Below are positions 1-9,364 of a stretch of 64,000 nt of DNA, piece by piece (the stretch's first letter is position 1; each line of letters opens with the position of its first letter). A model generated the notes under the pieces. That model saw only the letters and a program-made list of their open reading frames with translations, was not told the DNA's origin and did no database searches. The DNA is taken from sequence record LR588166.1; one strand, written 5' to 3'. Both the position numbers and the translations under genes were made by a program.

Positions 1-23
1 TAATATGTGTATAGGTAATAGCA

Positions 24-488
24 ATGACACAAAAAATTCATGGTACTAGTAGTGCCCAACAAAATCTAACTGCCGATGTACCCTATTTTATTGTATATGC
101 GCAATCCGATAAGGCATATACTGATCCCGAAAACGCAGAAGGGATAAACATCTTAGTAACAAATAATATACATGATATAAGCCAAAAGAATTTCGAAATA
201 CTTCTTCAAAGTATAGGTCTCAGAGCTATGCCAGTTATAATGAATAATCCTGTTCCTGTTGCTAATTTAGCTGCATATGGTGCCCCTACATTAATTGGCG
301 AAGGATTTGTATGGAAATTTGCATGCGAAATGCCGGAAGTGTTTACTAATTATAACCCATACGGTACACCCGGAACAACTGGGTTATTAGTAGACGAACT
401 AGATGGTATTATATTGCCGTCGGGTACCATCATAAGAACATATGGGTCGGGTTTAAACATAGAATTTGTGAGATCTTCATTAATATGA
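24..488 (+). CDS. hypothetical protein (head/virion module)
   Basis: 154-aa ORF, stop overlaps the next start, same orientation as the cluster. Confidence 0.65.
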   Translation: MTQKIHGTSSAQQNLTADVPYFIVYAQSDKAYTDPENAEGINILVTNNIHDISQKNFEILLQSIGLRAMPVIMNNPVPVANLAAYGAPTLIGEGFVWKFACEMPEVFTNYNPYGTPGTTGLLVDELDGIILPSGTIIRTYGSGLNIEFVRSSLI

Positions 489-1111
489 ATAAAATAAAAT
501 TAGAACAAATATTAAAAGAACAATTCGGTTTAAACGAACTAGAATTACGTTCATTTATGAAATATATTTCATTTAAGGATTTTGTGGCATTAACTGAGAG
601 TCAAGACCACATAGATTCTGACATTATAAAACATATAGTAGAATCGTTAGATAATAGTTATTCTGCTGTAAGGGATACTTCGATTGCACCAAATCAACAA
701 CAAAAAATTACTGCTGCTGATTTAACTAATTTAAAAGATACTCCTAATTTTAAGAAATTAAAAACTGGTGATAAACTTACAATTGCTAATCCCGAATCCG
801 GAAATCCTAAAGATGTAACAGTAAAAAATAAAACAATAGCAGGCAATACTATTACTATTAATACTTCCGATGGCGGTTCAATTGTTCAATCGGGTGATAG
901 TATAATTCCGGTTACTCCTAACATGTCTGCAGACGATGCAACAAAAGAAATCGATCGTATAAAAAAATTAGCCGGTATATCTAACGATTCGGCTGTAGAT
1001 GAATCATCATTTATGTCATCTGCTGCTATAAGTGGTGTAGTAACTCCATTAGGTGAAATAAAACGTAGACATAAGAAACCTAAAAAGCCCGGTCCCAAAC
1101 CAAAAAAGTAA
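485..1111 (+). CDS. hypothetical protein, possible prohead core/internal protein
   Basis: 208 aa; several (I/L)xE sites (ILKE, ALTE, HIVE); basic Pro-rich tail. Confidence 0.6.
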   Translation: MNKIKLEQILKEQFGLNELELRSFMKYISFKDFVALTESQDHIDSDIIKHIVESLDNSYSAVRDTSIAPNQQQKITAADLTNLKDTPNFKKLKTGDKLTIANPESGNPKDVTVKNKTIAGNTITINTSDGGSIVQSGDSIIPVTPNMSADDATKEIDRIKKLAGISNDSAVDESSFMSSAAISGVVTPLGEIKRRHKKPKKPGPKPKK

Positions 1112-1112
1112 T

Positions 1113-1568
1113 ATGCCTAAAAAAATAAACAAAAAGAAAATATTAGAGACATTTGATGAAGTAATATCATCTACTATACTGTCATTAAATGAAGATGAGT
1201 TAGAATTATTAGCAGATAAAAAGAATGAATCTGTATATGGTAGTTATGTAATTAAATATAAAAATGATAAGTGGATAATAGTTAATTCCGATACAGCAAG
1301 AAAAGAAAACATTTCTTTTAACTTATACAGTACGGCATACTGCTATGCTATGTGTATGGAAAAGAATTTAATAAACGGAAAAAGAAAAGTTCTAAATTGG
1401 GAATCTAGTTACACAAAACATTTAAATGATATAGTTCATTATTCGTATTCTAAACGATTTGCTAATTTAGAAGATACTTGTATGTATGATGACAGAATTT
1501 CTGTTGCTAAACACAACATAGTTAAGCTAAAGCGCGCAATTAGATCCTTTAGGTTATCTAATAAATAA
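1113..1568 (+). CDS. hypothetical protein
   Basis: 151-aa ORF, 1 nt after the upstream stop. Confidence 0.65.
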   Translation: MPKKINKKKILETFDEVISSTILSLNEDELELLADKKNESVYGSYVIKYKNDKWIIVNSDTARKENISFNLYSTAYCYAMCMEKNLINGKRKVLNWESSYTKHLNDIVHYSYSKRFANLEDTCMYDDRISVAKHNIVKLKRAIRSFRLSNK

Positions 1569-1577
1569 TGATAAATA
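1561..1577 (+). promoter_or_regulatory. tandem T4-like late promoter cores (ATAAATA x2)
   Basis: ATAAATA at 1561-1567 and 1571-1577 before 1605; the motif recurs before many structural genes. Confidence 0.6.
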
Positions 1578-1604
1578 TATACAAAATTATAAGGTAATTT
1601 AGCT

Positions 1605-2792
1605 ATGTTTTTGAAAGACGTTAAAATTACAGAATCAAAAAAATTTAAGAAAATAAATTCGATGTTAAAATCGAGTTACGGTGTATCGTTATCTGAGTCG
1701 GCGTCTGTCGAAGAACTAGAAAAACTCAAAGAATCTGTTGTAAAATCAATTATTAATAATAGAATCAATAATATTTCTGCATCGTCACCCGAGCATGCTA
1801 AATGCATTTTAATGAAAGAAGGCATTGATACTTTGTTAGAAATGCATAGATCAGTAGATGGTAGGGTAGATTCGGCATCATATAATAATGTATTATCTAC
1901 TCTATTTAAAGATGCAGTAAATTTATTAAAACAAGGCGATGACATAGACGATGCTATGAGATCCACATTAAATTCGTATCGTTCTAGTTCATACAGATTT
2001 AAAGACGACGATATAGCATTAGATTTAAGAGCTAGATTAGAACATTATTTAAATTCTAACTCAGATGATACTATGTTAACTGATTCGTATGATTGGTCAA
2101 CTGTATCGCAATCTCAACGAGATGCAGCAAACGAATTATTGAAACAAAAAGGAAGTAAATTGGCTGATTTAGAATTAGAGCCATACGGCGACCGAGCAGA
2201 CTTTGAACGCCATGGTCGTGAAATATACAAACATCCCAGCCTAACTAAAGGTATTTCAGTGAAAGAATCTAGAAAATTAAATGAAAACGAAGTAGAACAA
2301 GCAGAAGTAGTTATTGCTGCTAAAGGTTTCGGTCAAGAACTGCAAACTATGGTAGAAAAGTTAGGCAGACTTATGAACGAAGACTTAGGTGCAGTATCTG
2401 ATCAAATGCGTCAAACTTACGGCGCTGCTACAGCAAATAGATTCCAGTCAGAATTACTTGCTGATTTCAATAGTATAGTAGACACCTTACGCAGTACAAA
2501 AGACCGCATCGATAATGCAGTAGATATGCTTTCTACTGGAAGTACATATACTGATATGGATGGAATAGAAACTGCTGGCACCGATGTCGATATGGATGAT
2601 CAACTAGAAATAGGCGACGATTTAGGACTGGGAATAGAGGATAATTTCGGTGCAGCCGACACTGAAGAACCGTTAGGTCGTTCCATGAAAGAATCTAACT
2701 CAACAAGAAGTAATAAACTAAAAAAATTATCTGAAAGTTTAGTTTCATTACAGGCATCTATAGATAAATTGAAATCTTCTAGGAAACAATAA
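1605..2792 (+). CDS. putative prohead scaffolding/core protein
   Basis: 395 aa, acidic and helical; many (I/L/K)xE-S sites (KITES, SLSES, SVKES, SMKES, KLSES); late promoter. Confidence 0.5.
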   Translation: MFLKDVKITESKKFKKINSMLKSSYGVSLSESASVEELEKLKESVVKSIINNRINNISASSPEHAKCILMKEGIDTLLEMHRSVDGRVDSASYNNVLSTLFKDAVNLLKQGDDIDDAMRSTLNSYRSSSYRFKDDDIALDLRARLEHYLNSNSDDTMLTDSYDWSTVSQSQRDAANELLKQKGSKLADLELEPYGDRADFERHGREIYKHPSLTKGISVKESRKLNENEVEQAEVVIAAKGFGQELQTMVEKLGRLMNEDLGAVSDQMRQTYGAATANRFQSELLADFNSIVDTLRSTKDRIDNAVDMLSTGSTYTDMDGIETAGTDVDMDDQLEIGDDLGLGIEDNFGAADTEEPLGRSMKESNSTRSNKLKKLSESLVSLQASIDKLKSSRKQ

Positions 2793-3107
2793 GTGAAGAT
2801 TAAAGATATATTAGTCGAATCAGACGAATATGTAGATAGACTAGAAAGTTCTTTGTTTGATATTATAACGGCAGCAAAAGCTGCCGGTTTGTCCACTATT
2901 AGTACAAAAAGGGTAACAGACAAATTAATTTCTATGGGTTATTCTGTTACACCTGATCAAGTTGTTTCTCAATTAGAAAATGTACCCGGCATTACTAGTG
3001 TAAATGGGCAAGTCATAACAATAGGTAACACAACAGATATTACTGACAAAGAAGATGATAAGTTTTCTAAAGAAGTATCTAAATTAGCTATGCAGGATCT
3101 AAAATAA
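2793..3107 (+). CDS. hypothetical protein with MKIKDILVE N-terminus
   Basis: GTG start abutting the upstream stop; 104 aa. Confidence 0.65.
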   Translation: MKIKDILVESDEYVDRLESSLFDIITAAKAAGLSTISTKRVTDKLISMGYSVTPDQVVSQLENVPGITSVNGQVITIGNTTDITDKEDDKFSKEVSKLAMQDLK

Positions 3108-3442
3108 TGAGTTGTGGATCTGGATTTATACGTGCTGAAGATGCAAGGATAATGAGTAGAGATAATAAAACTATCTTTACAGAAATATGCGGAATTCAGC
3201 AAGCAATACTAACAGCAATAGACATGAAGCAACTAAGCGTCTATGTTAAATCGGGTACACCTATAACTAATGACACACCCGATAAAGATTACTATAAAGT
3301 ATTTATGAAACAAAAAACAGATAGGGCCATTACCGACCAGTTCGAATTCATAACACAATACTTTACTGATTTGGGATATGTAATCAAACTTCAGTTAAAT
3401 CCTAACACTCAATCTAGCCTTCAGTGGTATATTACTTGGTAA
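3107..3442 (+). CDS. hypothetical protein
   Basis: 111 aa, TAATG-coupled to the previous gene. Confidence 0.65.
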   Translation: MSCGSGFIRAEDARIMSRDNKTIFTEICGIQQAILTAIDMKQLSVYVKSGTPITNDTPDKDYYKVFMKQKTDRAITDQFEFITQYFTDLGYVIKLQLNPNTQSSLQWYITW

Positions 3443-3451
3443 TATACCACT
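3423..3451 (+). terminator. 13-bp hairpin overlapping the stop of 3107..3442
   Basis: agtggtatattac-ttg-gtaatataccact followed by aattttc. Confidence 0.5.
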
Positions 3452-3469
3452 AATTTTCATTGTCTGTTC

Positions 3470-3498
3470 TTGACATATTTATAGCCTTATATTATAAT
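3470..3498 (+). promoter_or_regulatory. sigma70-type promoter
   Basis: TTGACA-17nt-TATAAT, perfect consensus, upstream of the nuclease. Confidence 0.85.
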
Positions 3499-3505
3499 AC
3501 AGGCT

Positions 3506-4171
3506 ATGTTAATACAAAAATTCAATTATACTTTTTGCGATCGTGTAGATTCTCCGGCAGGTAGAAAATACAAAACACCAGACGGAAAATTATTGCCTTC
3601 TGTTACTACTATACTAGATTTTGTTACCGATAAGTCATTTCTAACTGATTGGCGTGAAAGGGAAGGTGAAGAAAACGCAGCTAAAATAACAGAGTCGTCT
3701 TCATACACCGGAACACATTTGCACCAAAACTTAGAAAATTTTCTTAACGGTAGTTCCGAAATTAACGGAAATCCTATGGCTAAAATGATGTTTGGTTTAA
3801 TTAAACAGAATGGACTGAAACATCTTTCAGAAGCATGGGGTACTGAAGTCCCACTATATTATCCCGAATTATATGCAGGTACTACAGACTTAGTCGGTGT
3901 ATATAAGGATAGAGAATCGATAATAGATTTTAAAAATGCAAGAAATGTTAGGAAAAAAGAATGGATTGAAAATTATTTTAAGCAATTAGTTGCATATGCA
4001 GAAGCCCACAACATTATGTATGGAACTAATATAACTACTGGTGTTATACTCATGGCAACACAAACAGGAATATTTCAGGAATTTATTATAGAAACAGATG
4101 AATATTCTGAATATAAGAATATGTGGTTTGATGATGTTATGAGATATTATACTGAAGTAGTATTGGCATAA
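3506..4171 (+). CDS. PD-(D/E)XK (Cas4/lambda-exo-like) exonuclease
   Basis: PSVTTIL, GTHLH, EVPLY, YAGTTDL, IIDFK and QLVAY motifs. Confidence 0.85.
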   Translation: MLIQKFNYTFCDRVDSPAGRKYKTPDGKLLPSVTTILDFVTDKSFLTDWREREGEENAAKITESSSYTGTHLHQNLENFLNGSSEINGNPMAKMMFGLIKQNGLKHLSEAWGTEVPLYYPELYAGTTDLVGVYKDRESIIDFKNARNVRKKEWIENYFKQLVAYAEAHNIMYGTNITTGVILMATQTGIFQEFIIETDEYSEYKNMWFDDVMRYYTEVVLA

Positions 4172-4174
4172 ATA
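4168..4174 (+). promoter_or_regulatory. late promoter core ATAAATA
   Basis: overlaps the nuclease stop, precedes 4203. Confidence 0.55.
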
Positions 4175-4202
4175 TAATACAAAATAAAATGGAATTTTTA
4201 GC

Positions 4203-5402
4203 ATGGCCGATCCGTATTTAACACAAGATATAATAGTAGCACGAATAGAAAACAGAAGAGGTCGTCGTGTTAACTTGCCGCAACCACTAAGACCGGGAGA
4301 ACTCGGCTGGTGTATGGATACTAAGCAATTATTTATTGGCGTATCTGACGAAGATGCAGTAGCAGCCGTTGAATTGTTTAGGGGAGAACCTCTTGGATCC
4401 CAAGATTTAGTTAACCAAACGTTATTACACAATATTTTTACTTTTGTATCGGAGCCAACTACATTAACTAATGCTGAAAAGCAAAATCTAGCAGAATTGG
4501 CTAAATTCCCGCAGCTATACTATGTTTCTGATACTAACAGAGAAAGCATTAACGAATACGAACGAAATATAGAGATTATTCGTAGTGTTAAGACGTCTGT
4601 ACTTCAGTCAACAGGTAGCGCCTCTGATATTAGATATACATTGATGTATTCGTGGACTATTGATTCCTCTGATCAGTATACGTTTAAATTTTTTGCAGGA
4701 TGCCAACCGCCCGATTCGTTTAATCTGACAACTATAGCTAACAATTCGTATATTATAGATAATACTGTAAACTCTGCATACAATAATGGTATAGTAATGG
4801 ACGCAGGGATATTATTTACTGATACTGTATACGAATCTGCTAGTTTAAGTGTATTAATAAATGAATATATTACTACAGACAGTGACAAAGCATATGTAAC
4901 TACAAAACAAAACGTAGAAATACTAACAGAATACTTTAAAACTACTAGTAGTACAGATGTAATAGTAAATAGTCCTATAACATACGAACTAGAGCCTTCT
5001 AATTCGTTTACTTTAGTAAAAACTATAGATATAATAAACGGCGGTAACTACGAAACTAGTCCAATGACGTTTGATGGCTCGGTATCTGATACATTTAATA
5101 TAGATTATTCTATAAGTTTTGATGACATGCAAGGTCCAGTTATGGGCAACGATGGCAGGTTTGTTCAAACTGGAACATTAAATATTATTTTATCTAAAGG
5201 ATCAGAAACTGTAGTTGTTTCGGATACATCTGTTGAGCACAGATCTTCGGTGGGATACGACGCTGATGTAGATTTTAGTGGAGAATATGTAGCCCCTAAC
5301 ACAGTAAATATAACATACAGGCATAATTTTCCGTCGAGGGTACTTCTTAAATTAACTACAAAGCGTTGGATTTCGTGGGATAACGAATCAGTTCAGAATT
5401 AA
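4203..5402 (+). CDS. putative virion structural protein (Mtd_N/fibre-type N-terminus)
   Basis: N-terminal RRG...LPQPLRPGELGWCMDTKQLFIG motif; beta-rich C-terminus; late promoter. Confidence 0.6.
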   Translation: MADPYLTQDIIVARIENRRGRRVNLPQPLRPGELGWCMDTKQLFIGVSDEDAVAAVELFRGEPLGSQDLVNQTLLHNIFTFVSEPTTLTNAEKQNLAELAKFPQLYYVSDTNRESINEYERNIEIIRSVKTSVLQSTGSASDIRYTLMYSWTIDSSDQYTFKFFAGCQPPDSFNLTTIANNSYIIDNTVNSAYNNGIVMDAGILFTDTVYESASLSVLINEYITTDSDKAYVTTKQNVEILTEYFKTTSSTDVIVNSPITYELEPSNSFTLVKTIDIINGGNYETSPMTFDGSVSDTFNIDYSISFDDMQGPVMGNDGRFVQTGTLNIILSKGSETVVVSDTSVEHRSSVGYDADVDFSGEYVAPNTVNITYRHNFPSRVLLKLTTKRWISWDNESVQN

Positions 5403-5418
5403 CAAATAGAAATAATAA

Positions 5419-5853
5419 ATGACAGATTGGAATAATCTCCGGGCAGATAAACGGATTGCTGCCTGGAGACAGCATAGACTCTCCTTAAAAACTCTACCCA
5501 TTAATCAAGCATTACTAGAAATTGCAAACTTTTTTGCAGATATGCCTTTAGGCCCTAGAACCATTGATTTTTATAATCCTAATACTTGGCCAGATCCGTG
5601 GGACATTCTTGCTGATATTAAATTTTGTGAAAATTCTATATCATTAATGATGTACTACACTGTTATTTCTGTATTCCCTGATACAAATATTAAAATGTAT
5701 GTCATAGATGATACAGAACAAAGATTTATGGTACCTGTTGTAGACGGTATGGTATTAAATTATTATCCAAGAGATGTAATAGAATTAAATAATCTAACAA
5801 ATATAACTGTAATAGATATTTACAGTAAAGAACACATAAGAGAACTAAACTAA
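5419..5853 (+). CDS. hypothetical protein
   Basis: 144-aa ORF in operon context. Confidence 0.65.
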   Translation: MTDWNNLRADKRIAAWRQHRLSLKTLPINQALLEIANFFADMPLGPRTIDFYNPNTWPDPWDILADIKFCENSISLMMYYTVISVFPDTNIKMYVIDDTEQRFMVPVVDGMVLNYYPRDVIELNNLTNITVIDIYSKEHIRELN

Positions 5854-5861
5854 GGAAATAT

Positions 5862-8147
5862 ATGAAAGGGATTTTTGTTATTAAACGTGACGGTACCAAA
5901 GAAGAATTTGATCCAGAAAAAATTCATAAAATTTTATATTGGGCAACCGAGGGTTTAACAGGTGTATCTGTGTCTCATTTAGAAATGAAGGCACAATTGC
6001 AATTATACCCCGGAATCACAACTGATACTATTCATGAAATTTTAATTGCTGCTGCACATGAATTAATTTCTGAAGAAAGTCCTAATTACCAATGGGTTGC
6101 AGCAAGGCTTCGACTGTTTCAAATTAGAAAAGAAGCATTAGGTCAGTATGATACAATTCCTGTTTATGATTTAGTACAAAGAAATATCAAGCTAGGATAT
6201 TATACAACAGAGCTGTTAGATTGGTATACAAAGGAAGAATGGGACCATTTCGATAATGTAATAGATCATTCGAGGGATTTTAACCATGCCTATGCAGGTA
6301 TGGAGCAATTTCGTGGAAAATATTTAGTTCAAGATAGAGTTACTAAGAAAGTATTTGAAACACCTCAATACCTAAATCTTTTAGTTGCAGCAACTATGTT
6401 CCATAAGTATACAGGAAAAGAACGAGTTGCTATAGTAAAAGAATGTTATGATTTATTAAGTACTGGTGTAATTTCCTTGCCAACACCCATTATGGCAGGT
6501 CTTAGAACCTCTGTAAAACAATTTAGTTCATGTGTATTAATCGAAACTGATGATAGCTTAGATTCTATAAATGCTACAACTAGTTCTATTGTTAAATATA
6601 TTAGTCAAAAGGCAGGGATAGGCATACACGGCGGTCATATACGTGCATTAGGGGCAAAGATAAGAAATGGTGATACAAAACATACTGGCGTAACTCCGTT
6701 TTATAGAATGTTCCAGGCTGCTGTTAAATCTTGTTCTCAAGGCGGCGTCCGAGGCGGAGCCGCTACACTTTCTGCTCCCTATTGGCATCTAGAAATTGAA
6801 ACAATTCTTAATCTTAAAAATAATAAAGGAACTGAAGAGAATTCGGTCAGACACATGGATTATTGCATATTGTTTAACAGATTTGCATATTCTAGATTGT
6901 TAGAAAATGGAAATATAACATTATTCAGTCCGAACGAAGTGCCTGATTTACAAAAAGCGTTTTATGATGATCAAAAAGAATTTGAACGTCTTTATGTAAA
7001 ATACGAAAATACTAAGGGAATTATTAAGCATACTATTAGTGCTGAAGAACTATTTGATAAGTTTATAACAGAACGAAAAGAAACTGGCCGTATATATTTA
7101 ATGAATATTGATCATGCAAATGATCATGGTGCATTTATTCCCGAATTTGCACCGATTAAAATGACAAATTTGTGTACCGAAATTACACTTGCAACTAAAC
7201 CTCTTAAACATGTATATGATGAAGAAGGTGAAATAGCGTTATGTACACTTGCAGCAATTAATTTAGGTTTAGTTAAGAAAAAAGAAGATTTGCAACGACC
7301 TGCCGAAATATTAGTGAGAGGTTTAAACGAGTTACTAGATTATCAAAATTATCCGATTCCTGCCGCAAAAAATTCTACACTTAAATATCGTCCGTTGGGA
7401 ATAGGAGTTATTAATCTTGCATATTGGTTAGCTAAAAATAATTTCAAATATACTGATAACAGCGGTTTAGAAGCATGGGATGAGTTAATGGAAGCATTCC
7501 AGTATTATTTAATTAAAGCTAGTTCGGATATAGCAAAAGAAAAAAATGCTACAATACCGGGATGGGATAATATAAAATATAGCAGGAATATTTTCCCTAT
7601 AGATACTTATAAAACAAGTGTAGACCAATTAGTTAAAAATGTACAAAGAATGCCATGGGATGAACTGAGAGAACAAGTGGCACAGTATGGCATGTATAAT
7701 AGTAATCTATCTAGTTTTATGCCATCAGAGACATCTGCGCAAATAAGTAATGCAACTAATGGTATAGAACCGCCTAGAGCATTTATTAGTGTAAAAGGAT
7801 CGGGCGAAGGTAGACTTAAACAAGTGGTACCTGGATTCCCTAAACTAAAGAATAGATACGAACTTTTATGGGATATGAAGAGTTGTACTGGTTATTTAAA
7901 TCTAGTAGCAGTTGCACAGAAATATCTAGATCAGGCAATTTCTACAAATACATTTTATAATCCAGAACACTACGAGAATGATGAAATTCCGAAATCAGTA
8001 ATGATCAAAGATCTGCTATATGCATATAAAATGGGTTTAAAAACACTTTATTACCATAATACATACGATGGTCAAACAGACGACGTAGAGGCTGATATTT
8101 CATCTGCTGTTGCTGACGAAGAAGATTGCGATTCTTGCAAAATATAA
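5862..8147 (+). CDS. nrdA: ribonucleotide reductase class Ia alpha subunit
   Basis: ATP cone (VIKRDG), QFSSC, TNLCTEI, C-terminal CDSCKI; SD AAGGA. Confidence 0.97.
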   Translation: MKGIFVIKRDGTKEEFDPEKIHKILYWATEGLTGVSVSHLEMKAQLQLYPGITTDTIHEILIAAAHELISEESPNYQWVAARLRLFQIRKEALGQYDTIPVYDLVQRNIKLGYYTTELLDWYTKEEWDHFDNVIDHSRDFNHAYAGMEQFRGKYLVQDRVTKKVFETPQYLNLLVAATMFHKYTGKERVAIVKECYDLLSTGVISLPTPIMAGLRTSVKQFSSCVLIETDDSLDSINATTSSIVKYISQKAGIGIHGGHIRALGAKIRNGDTKHTGVTPFYRMFQAAVKSCSQGGVRGGAATLSAPYWHLEIETILNLKNNKGTEENSVRHMDYCILFNRFAYSRLLENGNITLFSPNEVPDLQKAFYDDQKEFERLYVKYENTKGIIKHTISAEELFDKFITERKETGRIYLMNIDHANDHGAFIPEFAPIKMTNLCTEITLATKPLKHVYDEEGEIALCTLAAINLGLVKKKEDLQRPAEILVRGLNELLDYQNYPIPAAKNSTLKYRPLGIGVINLAYWLAKNNFKYTDNSGLEAWDELMEAFQYYLIKASSDIAKEKNATIPGWDNIKYSRNIFPIDTYKTSVDQLVKNVQRMPWDELREQVAQYGMYNSNLSSFMPSETSAQISNATNGIEPPRAFISVKGSGEGRLKQVVPGFPKLKNRYELLWDMKSCTGYLNLVAVAQKYLDQAISTNTFYNPEHYENDEIPKSVMIKDLLYAYKMGLKTLYYHNTYDGQTDDVEADISSAVADEEDCDSCKI

Positions 8148-8152
8148 TATAA

Positions 8153-8173
8153 AAAGGGAACATTGTTCCCTTT
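8153..8173 (+). terminator. hairpin between nrdA and nrdB
   Basis: aaagggaac-att-gttcccttt then att. Confidence 0.5.
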
Positions 8174-8200
8174 ATTACACACAATATAAGGATAACATAC

Positions 8201-9340
8201 ATGAAATTTAAAACATTTGAACCAGAACAGTTTGATGCTACTAAAGAAGCTATGTTCTTCGGTCGGCCAATAAACGTATCTAGGTTTGATAGACAAAAAT
8301 ATTCATTTTTCGAAAAGCAAACTAGAAAACAGATAGGTTTCTTCTGGGTACCAGAAGAAATAGCAATGGATCAAGATAAAGATGATTTTCATCGCAAATT
8401 AGACGCAGCCGGTAAACATATTTTTACATCAAATCTCAGTTATCAGATTTTGCTAGATTCTGTTCAGGGTAGAGCACCTAATATTGCACTTACTCCGTTT
8501 GTGTCTATTCCGGAATTAGAAGGATTTATTCTTGCATGGACTTTTATGGAAAGTATACATTCGAGAAGTTATTCTCACTTAATTAGGAATGTGTACCATG
8601 ATCCAAAAGATGTGTTAGATAATGTAGTAAAAATAGAACCTATCATCGAACGTGCCAGCGCAGTTACAAAATACTATGACGAGTTCATAGAATATGGTAA
8701 TTGGTACAATATGCTAGGATATGGTAATCATATTGTAAACGGTAAAGAAATAGATATAAATCCGAAAAAATTGATGACATTATTCTATAAAATGATGGTA
8801 GCCATAAACATACTAGAAGGTGTCAGATTTTATGTTTCGTTTGCATGTACATGGGCATATAGTGAATCGTTAAAATTAATGAATAAATCTGCAAAAATAA
8901 TTAAAATGATTTGCAGAGACGAAAACGTACACTTGGCAGTTACTACTACTATTCTTAAAAAGTTTGCAGATGGCTCAGAAGGCGAAGCATGGAAACAAAT
9001 TGCAGAAAATTGCAAAGATGAAGTTTATGCTATGTATGAAGAAGCTGTTCAACAAGAACGTGAATGGGCAGATTATTTGTTTAAAGATGGTTCTATCGTA
9101 GGTTTATCGTCTGCCATACTAAAACAGTATGTTGAGTTTATTGCAGATAGACGTTTGCATGCATTAGGTATGCAAAAAATATACAAACATGCTAGTAATC
9201 CACTTCCGTGGACAGAGCATTGGATTGGTTCTAAAACAACCCAAGTAGCGCCGCAAGAAGAGGAAATTACTTCGTATACTCAGGGCGGAGTAAAAAATGA
9301 TATTTCTGAAATTTATAATACAGGATTTAGTTTAGACTAA
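8201..9340 (+). CDS. nrdB: ribonucleotide reductase class Ia beta subunit
   Basis: FFWVPEEI, DSVQGR, ESIHSRSY, EGVRFY and RDENVH di-iron/tyrosyl motifs. Confidence 0.97.
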   Translation: MKFKTFEPEQFDATKEAMFFGRPINVSRFDRQKYSFFEKQTRKQIGFFWVPEEIAMDQDKDDFHRKLDAAGKHIFTSNLSYQILLDSVQGRAPNIALTPFVSIPELEGFILAWTFMESIHSRSYSHLIRNVYHDPKDVLDNVVKIEPIIERASAVTKYYDEFIEYGNWYNMLGYGNHIVNGKEIDINPKKLMTLFYKMMVAINILEGVRFYVSFACTWAYSESLKLMNKSAKIIKMICRDENVHLAVTTTILKKFADGSEGEAWKQIAENCKDEVYAMYEEAVQQEREWADYLFKDGSIVGLSSAILKQYVEFIADRRLHALGMQKIYKHASNPLPWTEHWIGSKTTQVAPQEEEITSYTQGGVKNDISEIYNTGFSLD

Positions 9341-9343
9341 ATA
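9337..9343 (+). promoter_or_regulatory. late promoter core (CTAAATA)
   Basis: overlaps the nrdB stop, upstream of the PAAR gene SD AGGAG. Confidence 0.5.
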
Positions 9344-9364
9344 AATTAAAATACAGGAGTTCAT

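Noticed and set aside
3506-4171. Cas4-like nuclease as part of a CRISPR system
   Set aside because: No repeat-spacer array or other cas gene is visible; solo PD-(D/E)XK nucleases are common in phages.
5862-9340. Introns or inteins in nrdA/nrdB
   Set aside because: Both have normal lengths and continuous motifs.
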